A stretch of 64,000 nt of DNA from a virus (IMGVR_UViG_3300019742_000001), one strand, 5' to 3'; counted from the stretch's first letter, positions 26,980-36,716 are shown. The notes: generated by a model from the sequence alone, not told the origin. Program-made: numbers and translations.

Positions 26980-28494
26980 ATGACACTAAAAGATGAATAC
27001 GAAAAACTAAAATTAAACCCTGTTCTGACTGAGGTAGAAGGTATTGACTCTGATCCAGAAGGGGAAGAGACACCAGAGGTTGAATTAGTTGAAGGATTTA
27101 ACGTACTTATACTGACATCATCAACTGACTCAAAGAATAACAGAATGTCTAAGAAAAATCCAACTGTTGTTAAAATGGAGAATTGGTGTAAATCAAACGA
27201 TGTTCCTTATTACACGGCATTTGCTGACACAGCAATTTTAAGTGTGAACGATGGTGAGATCCGTATTCATAATATTAACGACACCGATGGATGTGTCATT
27301 GATCGTGATAAGACATTTGTTATCGCTCGTCGTGGTGTTATGTTCCATAGATATTCACTTAACCTAATGTCTCGTTTGGAGAGATATCGTTTCTGTTTCC
27401 TTAATGAACGTGTCGCTCTTGAGACATGTGAAGACAAATACTTAACAAACCTTAACCTTATTGAATCTAAGGTACCTATCCCTGATTCACATTTGGTGCC
27501 AACTGAGGAAATGATTACACTTGCTCACGAAAAAGTTGGTGGTAAATTCCCTATCGTGGTCAAGACATTGAATGGTACTCAAGGTAAAGGAGTGTTCATT
27601 GTCAACAATTACAAGGCATTGAAGTCAACACTACAGGCTATTTGGTCTGTTGGTGGTGATGTGGAAATGATGTTCCAACAATATATCAAGTCAGAATATG
27701 ATGTTAGAATACACGTACTTGGTGATGAAGTAATTGGTGCAATGAAAAGAACAGTAGTTGATAATGACTTCCGTTCTAATGTTCATTTAGGTGGTAAGAC
27801 CAGTAAATACAAACCATCCAAAGAAATTAAAGAGTTGGCTGTTAAAGCCGCTCAGGCTGTTAAATGTAAATGGGCTGGTGTTGATATTATGTTTGATTCT
27901 AAAGATAATCCATATGTATTGGAAGTTAATGCTTCAGCAGGTACAGATGGTATTGAAGATCTAACTGGTATTGATATTGTTGGTAATGTGATGGAGTTTT
28001 GCAAAAATGGTATCAATTGGAATAGACCACCTCAACAGGTAGGTGTGGTTGAAACTATGGAAATTGATGGTATTGGTGAATTAATAGCTCGGTTTGATAC
28101 TGGTAATGACGCTAATAGCTCCTCACTTGACGCACAAGACATTAAAATCAATGGAACCAAGGTTACGTGGAAGACTAACGGTAAAACTCTCACAGGGTCA
28201 ATCATTGGTAACGTACGTATGAAGAATAATCACGATCCAGATGAAAAACTTGATGCAAAACGTCCTATCGTATTATTGGATGTTACGTTCCAAGGTGTTA
28301 CTTATAAAGATGTTCCGTTTAATCTTAATAATAGAAGCAATAAAAAAACACCTATTTTGATCAATAAGAACTTTATGATCCAATCTGGTTCTGTTGTTAA
28401 TCCATCTAAAATTTATAGTGTAACATCAAAACCTGACTATTTAAAAAAGAAAAGAAAGAAAATAGTAAAAAAAGAAGAAAGAGACGAAAATTAA
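26980..28494 (+). CDS. RimK-family ATP-grasp ligase fused to a retropepsin-like (DTG) protease domain
   Basis: DKYLT, PIVVKTLNGTQGKGV, QQYI, DVRIHV, FRSNVHLGG, GVDI, VLEVNAS; C-terminal ARFDTGN. Confidence 0.85.
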   Translation: MTLKDEYEKLKLNPVLTEVEGIDSDPEGEETPEVELVEGFNVLILTSSTDSKNNRMSKKNPTVVKMENWCKSNDVPYYTAFADTAILSVNDGEIRIHNINDTDGCVIDRDKTFVIARRGVMFHRYSLNLMSRLERYRFCFLNERVALETCEDKYLTNLNLIESKVPIPDSHLVPTEEMITLAHEKVGGKFPIVVKTLNGTQGKGVFIVNNYKALKSTLQAIWSVGGDVEMMFQQYIKSEYDVRIHVLGDEVIGAMKRTVVDNDFRSNVHLGGKTSKYKPSKEIKELAVKAAQAVKCKWAGVDIMFDSKDNPYVLEVNASAGTDGIEDLTGIDIVGNVMEFCKNGINWNRPPQQVGVVETMEIDGIGELIARFDTGNDANSSSLDAQDIKINGTKVTWKTNGKTLTGSIIGNVRMKNNHDPDEKLDAKRPIVLLDVTFQGVTYKDVPFNLNNRSNKKTPILINKNFMIQSGSVVNPSKIYSVTSKPDYLKKKRKKIVKKEERDEN

Positions 28495-28505
28495 AGGAGG
28501 TTATT

Positions 28506-28772
28506 ATGGAAATTGTATTTGGTTTGATTGGTGCATTTGCTTTGTTTCTCTTAGGTGCGTTATGTCTTCCATTACTGTTGTTCTTGAGGGCAAGACGTGA
28601 TGGTGATTGGGATGATTCTAATATAACAAATATGTATCGTGTTGTGGCACATTTAGGTGCCCACCCAAGTGATTTCGGTAAAATGATGTATTCGGATGGA
28701 AAGAAACCATTTTGGTATATCAACAAGGATGAACTTAGTGATGTGGTTGATTCAAGACCTAGTGATGATTAA
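28506..28772 (+). CDS. hypothetical membrane protein
   Basis: N-terminal hydrophobic helix; GGAGG RBS. Confidence 0.7.
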   Translation: MEIVFGLIGAFALFLLGALCLPLLLFLRARRDGDWDDSNITNMYRVVAHLGAHPSDFGKMMYSDGKKPFWYINKDELSDVVDSRPSDD

Positions 28773-28774
28773 AT

Positions 28775-28808
28775 AAAAAGGGGGATGACTAATAATCATC
28801 CCCTTTTT
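28775..28808. terminator. bidirectional intrinsic terminator
   Basis: AAAAAGGGGGATGA-ctaataa-TCATCCCCTTTTT between convergent genes. Confidence 0.85.
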
Positions 28809-29090
28809 CTATTCACCGTGATATTGCCATAACACTGCATTACAACGACTATGAACAGATCCTATTGTCATACCTGTGTCGTGACAATGATGTAAATGTA
28901 CAGGCCACCTAAAGAACCCTTGTGGAAATAGTTTTTTGTTCACATGCTTCTTCATAACTTCATTCGTTGGGTTACCATTCAAAGGGTTTTTACAATACCA
29001 ACATAAACCATTCTGTCGTTTTGTGTATTCTTCCCTTACCAATTTCCTTATAGTATAGTGTGTATCATTGTAGTTTACAGGTAATTCCAT
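28809..29090 (-). CDS. Endonuclease VII-like His-Me finger nuclease
   Basis: QNGLCWYC...HLHHCHDTG...GSVHSRCN. Confidence 0.8.
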   Translation of the reverse strand: MELPVNYNDTHYTIRKLVREEYTKRQNGLCWYCKNPLNGNPTNEVMKKHVNKKLFPQGFFRWPVHLHHCHDTGMTIGSVHSRCNAVLWQYHGE

Positions 29091-29093
29091 AGT

Positions 29094-29951
29094 CTAACCT
29101 TTCCGTTTCCATTCTAATTCAAATGGTAGTTCTAAGCATTGAAATCCCGATGCATTTTTATGTCCACCACCACCAAGTGATTTTGCAATTGATCCTACAT
29201 CAACACCATTCTTGGTAGAATACATTGACACTGAATAATTCTTATTTGTGTAACCAAAACATAACATTGCATCGTGTTTGGATGGATCAAATTTAGAATC
29301 AAATATCTTTGAGTTACTACCAAGTGCATTGATAGCCAGAAAACGATATCCTTTCCAATCCAATTCAAATGAATGTGATTTGCAGTTGTTGTAGTTAATA
29401 TTGTCGTGGTAATTACAACATAGTTGACCCTCTTTAATGAGTTCATCCAAATGATCGTCACTTGTTAAATGAGTTTTCCAGAATGTGTCACTGTTAGAAT
29501 CAACACCATACAATGTTAATGCGGATTGTAATGGAAACAATTTATCACTGTATTTGATATCCCATACATCATAACGACCAATTAATCGTACAATCTCTGG
29601 CATCTTCTCATCACTGAAATATTCCCATGTTAACTCACACCCAGCATCACCAATTCGTTGAGTTCCATTGATCTTTTGACCTGATTTCTTGAGGTCATCA
29701 ATAGCAGTTTTGTGGTGATCAATCCAGATGAAATTATCACCCTTCATTTTCTTGATCTTTAACATTTCTTTGAATGGTTGTAATCCAAAGTCTGTCATAT
29801 ACACTTTTCGTGCCTGTTTGATCTTGTTCCACGGTATATCATAACCGTAGTTCATGTGGTGAATAGTAACATTCTCCTCAAAGTGTTTTACAATTGCACC
29901 TGAACACCATCCGTCACTATCCGTGTGCGTGATACATAGTACATCAATCAT
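29094..29951 (-). CDS. DHH/DHHA1 phosphoesterase
   Basis: HTDSDGWCS, MTDF, WIDHH, GGGGHKNASG. Confidence 0.9.
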   Translation of the reverse strand: MIDVLCITHTDSDGWCSGAIVKHFEENVTIHHMNYGYDIPWNKIKQARKVYMTDFGLQPFKEMLKIKKMKGDNFIWIDHHKTAIDDLKKSGQKINGTQRIGDAGCELTWEYFSDEKMPEIVRLIGRYDVWDIKYSDKLFPLQSALTLYGVDSNSDTFWKTHLTSDDHLDELIKEGQLCCNYHDNINYNNCKSHSFELDWKGYRFLAINALGSNSKIFDSKFDPSKHDAMLCFGYTNKNYSVSMYSTKNGVDVGSIAKSLGGGGHKNASGFQCLELPFELEWKRKG

Positions 29952-30489
29952 ATTGTCTAATCTTCCCTTCTTCGTATTTTAGGTTGACAACCTTATGTAA
30001 TAACACAAGATCCATACCTTTCTTTAATCCAAATCGTCTTGCCAACTTTAAATCTGATTTGTCGTAGTATATATCTACTTTGCCGACCCATCTATCATCC
30101 ATCAGGTCATTAACTAAGAACACACCTAACCCATATATGTATATCCTATGACCTAACATGTATCGTAAGTCATGTGATACGGCAACAGTATATCCCGGAA
30201 CTACTCTGTTCATAATTGCTGTTATATTTGGTGTACTATCACATTCAACAACTCTATTGGTGTATGCTGATACATCAACTGTAATCATACGTTCTTGTTG
30301 ATATACAATGATCTCTTTTTTATATGATTTACTTAGGGATATATAGAAATCACTTACTTCTTGTTGGTGTAATAAGTCTGACTGTAGACCATCTATTGCT
30401 TGATACTGAACACCTGTCACAAACAAAGATACTAATAACATAATTACCACAAATATTTGACACTTCTTGTAATCGTTTAGATTTATCAT
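29944..30489 (-). CDS. 3D-domain protein with N-terminal membrane anchor
   Basis: VSAYT...VAVS...GHRIYIYGLG...VNDLM...VDIY. Confidence 0.75.
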   Translation of the reverse strand: MINLNDYKKCQIFVVIMLLVSLFVTGVQYQAIDGLQSDLLHQQEVSDFYISLSKSYKKEIIVYQQERMITVDVSAYTNRVVECDSTPNITAIMNRVVPGYTVAVSHDLRYMLGHRIYIYGLGVFLVNDLMDDRWVGKVDIYYDKSDLKLARRFGLKKGMDLVLLHKVVNLKYEEGKIRQYD

Positions 30490-30500
30490 AGTATCTCCTA

Positions 30501-31055
30501 TTAAGGTGGATGTTCTTCTATATACTTTTCTAATATAGATATTCTGTGTTCTAACACATCGATTCGGTGTTGTTGGTTTGTTGATGTTGTTGCAACATCA
30601 ACTTGTGATGCCATCATATCACATCTAATCGTGTTCAGGGTATCGGATAATTGTGTTCCATCATGATATATCTGTGTTGATTGTATATCATAAAGATCGG
30701 CTACTATCTCATCTAAGACAACATCTAATGAGGTGTCTCTAAATCTGATCTGATCTGCTTGAAGGTTACTTATCACACTACCATCAATCACAGTAGTAGT
30801 AGTAGTATTATTAATAAAACCTGTATTAAGATTTGTGATATCAACACCCACACCACCCGTATTGAGACTGTCTATTGATGGGATAGGTTCTGGTATGACA
30901 GGAGTATTTGGTGTTATATCCAACCCAAGTCTTCGCAATGAGTCATCAAATGATTCTTCGTCATCAAATGATTCTTCGTCATCAAATGATTCTTCGTCAT
31001 TAGTAGTCATCGGTGCTCCATCTATCAGTATTATATGTTCTCCATTCTGGTTCAA
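30501..31055 (-). CDS. acidic low-complexity protein with C-terminal coiled coil
   Basis: DEESFD repeats; RIDVLEHRISILE. Confidence 0.65.
   Translation of the reverse strand: MNQNGEHIILIDGAPMTTNDEESFDDEESFDDEESFDDSLRRLGLDITPNTPVIPEPIPSIDSLNTGGVGVDITNLNTGFINNTTTTTVIDGSVISNLQADQIRFRDTSLDVVLDEIVADLYDIQSTQIYHDGTQLSDTLNTIRCDMMASQVDVATTSTNQQHRIDVLEHRISILEKYIEEHPP
30943..30996 (+). repeat. 18-bp tandem repeat x3
   Basis: TCATCAAATGATTCTTCG x3. Confidence 0.95.
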
Positions 31056-31539
31056 CCCAATCAGAATAACTTACTGTTCGTTCTCGTTCTCGTTCTCTTT
31101 CTATGCTCAGTTCTTGTGCATATCTGATTAATCGTGATGTCGTATCGTCTGAACCATCTTCTAATTCATCGTCTGATCTCCATGATTGTACTGGAACACC
31201 ATCAGGAATATCATCTTCTTCAATAGGTTCATCATTCCATTCGGTAGGTTCACCAGAAACACCTAACCGATTAATTCTGGTATCATCATCAATATCAGAT
31301 TCTAAATCAAATGGGTCAATATCTACAATAGACGGTTCTACTGTTTGTGACACTGTTTGTGACACTTCTTCCACTAAATGCCGACCAAATTCTTTGTCCA
31401 ATAGATCAAAAACATTTGATCCATCACCACCATCAGAAAGAATGAACTTTCTCCATTCGTCTAACATTTGATGGTAGAATTCGCCCATATGTTGAATTTC
31501 AAAATCATCATAATCATAATCATAATATTCCATAATCAT
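31000..31539 (-). CDS. acidic hypothetical protein
   Basis: D/E-rich; ERERERER tract. Confidence 0.65.
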   Translation of the reverse strand: MIMEYYDYDYDDFEIQHMGEFYHQMLDEWRKFILSDGGDGSNVFDLLDKEFGRHLVEEVSQTVSQTVEPSIVDIDPFDLESDIDDDTRINRLGVSGEPTEWNDEPIEEDDIPDGVPVQSWRSDDELEDGSDDTTSRLIRYAQELSIERERERERTVSYSDWVEPEWRTYNTDRWSTDDY

Positions 31540-32612
31540 TCTTCTTTCGAGTATAAATTTAGAATTATTTCGTTTGACTTACCACGATCATAATAACTGG
31601 TGATTTTATCACCGTCAAGCAGTGATTTAACCACATCTTCAATCTCACTGTATATAATTTTAAACTCTTCAATTGTTAAATAACCCAACTTAACAGTCTT
31701 TAATAATATGGCAGATGATAATGGGTAGATTACTTTACCTGTTGTTAATAACTCATGTGCTTCATATAATGCCCTCAAAGAATGAGATAATGATTTCCAA
31801 TCATTACAACCCATTTGTGCCGCAGTGTGTGATCGTTTACCGTATTTCTCATATTCATTTGTGATTCGTTCCTTAAAGGTGTCCAATAAAATTGTAGATT
31901 GATGTTCTTTCTTTGCTACTGTCAGAAAAAGATCACCATTTGATCTCGCATTTAGTGATATATAATCGTCACCCTTTGAATCTTGACTCTGACACTCTTC
32001 AATTAGATCAGCAAGATCAAGATCACCAAGTGTAGTTGTTTCACCAAGTTCTCTCCGATCTTCAAGATACACCAAAATGTTAAGTAATACAGTTAATCGG
32101 GAACCTTTTATCCCATATTTCATTGACTGACTACTGGCGAATCCTACAAAACCTTCAACCTTATTGGGATTATATAGGAATTGGTAGTTTTCAACCACAC
32201 CTTCCATCAAAGGATCTGCAAATATTACGTGTTCCATATTAAATGTTGAGAATAGAACGGACAGTGCATTGGAATCACCATCAGACATTAACTTGATCCA
32301 CTCTTGGATAGACCACAGTTCAATGTCTACGTCATCCTTAGAGTTTTTTGTGTCATCGTCACCACTCTGATAACGGAATAAGTTGGGTGTTTCACCTAAC
32401 AGACAAGAATCTTTCATTGGTAAGAAAATACCTTTGTAATCACTATCAGATTCAGGTGTTTCTGTGCCGTGAAGTCGTGAACCACTCTTACAAACATACA
32501 ATAGTTTATGTGGAGCTGTTAATGCGTTACAATATTCAATAACTTTGTAATCACTCCACGTTGACGTATTCTTTGTCTCTACTCTTTTTCTAAAATCAAC
32601 AGAACTTCCCAT
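31536..32612 (-). CDS. Pol-beta-superfamily nucleotidyltransferase (T4 NrdC.11/YcgL-like)
   Basis: SGSRLHGTETPESDSDYKGIF; WKSLSHSLR. Confidence 0.8.
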   Translation of the reverse strand: MGSSVDFRKRVETKNTSTWSDYKVIEYCNALTAPHKLLYVCKSGSRLHGTETPESDSDYKGIFLPMKDSCLLGETPNLFRYQSGDDDTKNSKDDVDIELWSIQEWIKLMSDGDSNALSVLFSTFNMEHVIFADPLMEGVVENYQFLYNPNKVEGFVGFASSQSMKYGIKGSRLTVLLNILVYLEDRRELGETTTLGDLDLADLIEECQSQDSKGDDYISLNARSNGDLFLTVAKKEHQSTILLDTFKERITNEYEKYGKRSHTAAQMGCNDWKSLSHSLRALYEAHELLTTGKVIYPLSSAILLKTVKLGYLTIEEFKIIYSEIEDVVKSLLDGDKITSYYDRGKSNEIILNLYSKEE

Positions 32613-32893
32613 TGTAAATCCCTATCATCAGGGTCAACTAAATGCCCTTCACCAAGATCCATTAAAACACCACGTGCTCCGTGAAATTTTGCCGACTCAC
32701 CTACACAGTGAGAAAACTCTTCATATAGATCAATATCTTCACGGTCACACTCATCATCACCATAGTATTGAGGGTCATCTTGCATCAGAAATCCCTCCTC
32801 ACCAGCTTTTTCATTGTAATGTACATCATATACACCAAGAGCAAAGTCTTTATGTTTCTCTAACCATTCAAAAAATATTTCTTCATTATTCAT
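32579..32893 (-). CDS. hypothetical protein
   Basis: Acidic 104 aa ORF. Confidence 0.6.
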   Translation of the reverse strand: MNNEEIFFEWLEKHKDFALGVYDVHYNEKAGEEGFLMQDDPQYYGDDECDREDIDLYEEFSHCVGESAKFHGARGVLMDLGEGHLVDPDDRDLQWEVLLILEKE

Positions 32894-33038
32894 TAATATC
32901 TATCTCCATATTTCTCTTTAATAACTGCCTCAACAGTAATACTTTTACATTTGTCACAGTATTTAGATCCATTTGGTAAAGTTGATAGGTTAGGATTACC
33001 ACAATAAATACATCCTTTTAACTGACACGGTGTAACCA

Positions 33039-33770
33039 TTATGAATCCCTCCCATCTATAAACTTTTGAGTTGTTCGTATTCTACTTCTTACATCCATAC
33101 ATGTCAACACTTCATTGAACACACAACCACTATCAAGGTTAATACGACCTTGGTCTTTGTTATCTTCATTGTATTTAATCATTTCATATCGTTCCATTGG
33201 TGTATGTCCGTGAACAATAACCCTGCCTTTCATTGGTGTGCCTTGTGAGTAAAGGAATTTGTCCCGTATCCATAACAGATCGTGTAACTGTTGTTCTTCC
33301 ATAGGATAGTTTGGATCTATACCAGCGTGAACAAACACAAACTCATCTTCTTCGTATGCATATTTAAGGTTATCATAAAAATTTTGGTGTGATTCGGGTA
33401 GGTCACTAAATGATAGATCACCTTCTATTCCAAGGTTATCACTATAAGAATCTAATGTTACCGTACCACCATTGAACATAAACATACTGTGGTCATCATT
33501 TGACATTCTATCCCAACCACCTGAATTTACTGATCTTTTTAGATAGTTGAGTAGCATACTTTCGTGGTTGCCCATCAAAAAGACACAATTGTACAGTTCC
33601 ATTAGTTCAATTAAATACTCAATGGTTTCGAATACTCGTGGACCACGGTCAATCATATCTCCAAGAAAGATCAAAGTGTCATTCGGTGTGGGTGACACTT
33701 TGTCAATTAAGGATTTCAATGTATTAGCGCAACCATGTACGTCCCCGATAGCAAGTAACCTTCCTCTCAT
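33039..33770 (-). CDS. calcineurin-like Ser/Thr phosphatase-family metallophosphoesterase
   Basis: GDVHG, GDMIDRG, GNHE, HAG, HGHT; start reassigned to MRGRLL with AGGAG RBS. Confidence 0.9.
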   Translation of the reverse strand: MRGRLLAIGDVHGCANTLKSLIDKVSPTPNDTLIFLGDMIDRGPRVFETIEYLIELMELYNCVFLMGNHESMLLNYLKRSVNSGGWDRMSNDDHSMFMFNGGTVTLDSYSDNLGIEGDLSFSDLPESHQNFYDNLKYAYEEDEFVFVHAGIDPNYPMEEQQLHDLLWIRDKFLYSQGTPMKGRVIVHGHTPMERYEMIKYNEDNKDQGRINLDSGCVFNEVLTCMDVRSRIRTTQKFIDGRDS

Positions 33771-33809
33771 TTCATAACTCCTTTTAAAAATTGAACTTTT
33801 TGTGATTTT

Positions 33810-33817
33810 TATAAATA
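33810..33817 (+). promoter_or_regulatory. late promoter TATAAATA for the LAGLIDADG gene
   Basis: Exact match 30 nt upstream; GGAGG RBS follows. Confidence 0.7.
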
Positions 33818-33847
33818 CATATAACAACCAATCATAGGAGGTTATAC

Positions 33848-34450
33848 ATGGAAACAAAATCTATAATTTATGGTACTCTATTAGGTGACGCTTACATACC
33901 AAAACCAAGGATAATAAAAACCAAGAGTCGTGGAGGTCAGAACAATAATCTCAGATACACCCATTCCAAGAAACAACAAGATTGGGCTTTATACAAGGCT
34001 GTGAGAATAAATATGCCTTTCACTGTATACCAACGAGACAGATACGATAAACGAACAGGTAAAACACATGGTTCTTTTGAGATAATCCATTCCGCTAATT
34101 CGTATTTTAATGATATTAGAGAGACATTTTACCCCAATGGAACCAAGATTGTTACCCAAGAAATTCTTGATGTTTTAACACCAGAGGCTATTGCTGTTTG
34201 GTATTGTGACGATGGTAATTTATATACTAACAAAAAACAATACCTTTGTCATCTTACCCTCTCAACCAATAGTTTTAGTGATGGTGAGAGGGCATTAATC
34301 ATAGATTATTTCAAATCCAACTATGGTCTTAATTTCAAATCAACAACTCAAGGTGCCATTAGATTAACTAACAAATCACAGGCTGAATTATTTCTATCAC
34401 ATTTTGGTCAATATATACCTGAATGTATGAAATATAAAACTCTGATTTGA
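33848..34450 (+). CDS. free-standing LAGLIDADG homing endonuclease
   Basis: IIYGTLLGDAYI and IAVWYCDDGNL motifs; antisense to its neighbours. Confidence 0.9.
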   Translation: METKSIIYGTLLGDAYIPKPRIIKTKSRGGQNNNLRYTHSKKQQDWALYKAVRINMPFTVYQRDRYDKRTGKTHGSFEIIHSANSYFNDIRETFYPNGTKIVTQEILDVLTPEAIAVWYCDDGNLYTNKKQYLCHLTLSTNSFSDGERALIIDYFKSNYGLNFKSTTQGAIRLTNKSQAELFLSHFGQYIPECMKYKTLI

Positions 34451-34479
34451 TCGCCAATGGCAAGCAACCTTCCTTTCAT
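34450..34479 (-). pseudogene. orphaned original 5' end of the phosphatase gene (MKGRLLAIGD)
   Basis: Encodes 9 of the same first 10 residues as 33741-33770, with different synonymous codons. Confidence 0.85.
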
Positions 34480-34480
34480 T

Positions 34481-34726
34481 TCATATCACCCATCCGTTAT
34501 CAACCAGTTTTACATTGTTAAAATATATTGATTTATAATCTTTAATCTTTTTTGTGATTTCAGGTGATCTAAGATCATCACCCAATGTTGTGTTAGGATT
34601 CAAATCAATAATCTTATATTTGATATCCTCTCCGTGAATCAACTGAATGAAATTACCACCCCTATCAGGTTTGATTTCAAATACATTAACTATACCAGTT
34701 TTTGTGACCATTATTAGTTGATTCAT
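34481..34726 (-). CDS. hypothetical protein
   Basis: ORF in run. Confidence 0.6.
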   Translation of the reverse strand: MNQLIMVTKTGIVNVFEIKPDRGGNFIQLIHGEDIKYKIIDLNPNTTLGDDLRSPEITKKIKDYKSIYFNNVKLVDNGWVI

Positions 34727-34727
34727 T

Positions 34728-35609
34728 TCAACTACTTATCCTTTCATCGGAAATTTTGATGTAGTCATCTTGGATCTCATACCCTATGTATTTCCTGTCC
34801 AATGATAACGCAACTTTTGCCGTTGTTCCACTACCCATGAACGGATCAAGAACAATTCCACCTACAGGACAACTTGACTGTATTGGGTCAATGATAAGTT
34901 CAGGTGGAAACACAGCAAAATGTGCTCCTTTGTATGACCTTGTAGAAATATCCCACACTGTAAACTTTGGTCGTGTTGGAACTTCCCCTGCCATTATACG
35001 TTCACGCATCTTTTCATAGTGTTTGTCTTGACTCTCACTTGAAAGAGCAAATCCGTCCTTATCGTTCTTTCCTTGATCTTTTCTCTCGGCAAGATTGTTC
35101 TTAGAGAAAGCCCTTTTTATAGAGATTTCTTTCTGTGGTACCCGTGGTTGGTCAAAATAATATTTTTTCTTTTTCACGAACATAAACAGTTTTTCGTGAT
35201 TAGTCCAAAATCTATCTCTGGCTGACATAGGTTGAGGGTTTGGTTTTGACCAAATGATTTCGTTACGCAAAATCCAACCTCTGTCTGACATAGCAATCTC
35301 AAATCTACTAGGTATTTGTAACAACCCCTTGTTTTTATACGTATCACCGATATTCACCCAACACACACCTTCTGGTTTAAGTGTTCGATAAACCTCATCA
35401 AATATAAGACATAAGTTCTCAATATATTCTGCTGGTGTCGGTTCCATCCCCAATTGTTTAAAGTCATCTGTGTAACTTCTTAGGTTGTAATATGGTGGCG
35501 AGGTGACACACATATCAATTGAACCTTCTGGTAATTGTTTCATTCCTTCTATACAATCACAGTTATGAATTATGTTAGTTTCCATTATATCTCCAATGTT
35601 TTGTGTCAA
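34728..35609 (-). CDS. N4-cytosine/N6-adenine DNA methyltransferase (beta class)
   Basis: CVTSPPY, HAVFPPELI-like HFAVFPPEL, VLDPFMGSGTT; start likely METN. Confidence 0.9.
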   Translation of the reverse strand: MTQNIGDIMETNIIHNCDCIEGMKQLPEGSIDMCVTSPPYYNLRSYTDDFKQLGMEPTPAEYIENLCLIFDEVYRTLKPEGVCWVNIGDTYKNKGLLQIPSRFEIAMSDRGWILRNEIIWSKPNPQPMSARDRFWTNHEKLFMFVKKKKYYFDQPRVPQKEISIKRAFSKNNLAERKDQGKNDKDGFALSSESQDKHYEKMRERIMAGEVPTRPKFTVWDISTRSYKGAHFAVFPPELIIDPIQSSCPVGGIVLDPFMGSGTTAKVALSLDRKYIGYEIQDDYIKISDERISS

Positions 35610-35806
35610 ACAGTGTCACAATCATTACGAATTGTGACACCATTAACAAAACTGATCAGGACTTGTTTTTCTGATTCAAAGTTCCTGATTTTTTCTAATT
35701 CCATGATCTTACAATGAGGACAGGTTTCTGATAACAACCTGTGTATACATCGTTTATTTTCTAATGTGATTGTACCATACCTTGGGTATAGTTGTTTCAT
35801 ATCCAA
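35606..35806 (-). CDS. hypothetical protein
   Basis: CIH...CPHC. Confidence 0.55.
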   Translation of the reverse strand: MDMKQLYPRYGTITLENKRCIHRLLSETCPHCKIMELEKIRNFESEKQVLISFVNGVTIRNDCDTV

Positions 35807-35810
35807 TCTC

Positions 35811-36356
35811 CTACTTGATTTTATTGATTACACCATCAGCAAAACCCATTTCAATTGATTGGTCTGAGTCTAAATATGCTGTGCGTTCAATCAAGTTCTT
35901 AACTGAGTCTTTGTCTAAGTTACTATTCTTTGCTATTTGTGTCAAGAACAATTCACGACAACGTTGAATTTCATCCAATTCGATCTGGATATCTGGTACA
36001 GAACCCTCAAACCCAGCAATTGGATTGTGGATCATTAGTCGGGCATGTTTGGTCATGAATCGTTTACCTTTGGCACCTGATGAGAATAAAAACTGTCCTG
36101 CTGACATAGCCTTACCGATACAAATAGTTCTGATATCACATGTAATCAACTCCATCATATCTACAATTGAGAATGCGGCAAACATATCACCACCATAACT
36201 ATCAATCAATAACGTTATGTCTTCTAAAGGGTCTTCCCGTTGTAACCTCATCATTTCACAATTAATTTCCATTGATGTTTGTTCATCAATCACACCACAT
36301 AGATAAATCAATCGTCCGTTATTCCGTGTATGCATATCCATTCGTCTATCTTCCAT
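35811..36356 (-). CDS. clpP: ClpP-like protease subunit
   Basis: IDSYGGD, IGKAMSAG (Ser), MIHNP (His), ERTAYLDSDQSIEMGFAD. Confidence 0.9.
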   Translation of the reverse strand: MEDRRMDMHTRNNGRLIYLCGVIDEQTSMEINCEMMRLQREDPLEDITLLIDSYGGDMFAAFSIVDMMELITCDIRTICIGKAMSAGQFLFSSGAKGKRFMTKHARLMIHNPIAGFEGSVPDIQIELDEIQRCRELFLTQIAKNSNLDKDSVKNLIERTAYLDSDQSIEMGFADGVINKIK

Positions 36357-36368
36357 TAAAATCTCCTT

Positions 36369-36716
36369 TTAATATAATCCGTGTAATATTTTCTTACTAT
36401 CATGATCTAAGAACATTAGGTTTATTGCTATTCTATCACGACAATCAATCCAATTATCAAGATGTTGTCTATATGAAAATGAGCTTCTAATCAAAGTCAC
36501 CATAAACACTGGTTGAAGTCGGTTTAATTCAACTGATTTCAATAACTCATCAATTCCAGATAAACCATAAATTTCTATTGTTTCCTCAATACATTTGATT
36601 AAGGATGCTACAACACGAGCATCTGTAACCTCGTATTCAACATCATAAAACTCTTCCATCCAACTAATATCTAACATTACACTCTCCAAAGAAATGTTCC
36701 AATGATCCCACATCAA
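36369..36716 (-). CDS. hypothetical protein
   Basis: 115 aa ORF. Confidence 0.6.
   Translation of the reverse strand: MMWDHWNISLESVMLDISWMEEFYDVEYEVTDARVVASLIKCIEETIEIYGLSGIDELLKSVELNRLQPVFMVTLIRSSFSYRQHLDNWIDCRDRIAINLMFLDHDSKKILHGLY

Noticed and set aside
33741-34479. Group I intron in the phosphatase gene
   Set aside because: The insert is almost entirely an antisense ORF with no room for a ribozyme core, it ends in C rather than the terminal G, and the downstream copy has its own RBS and start
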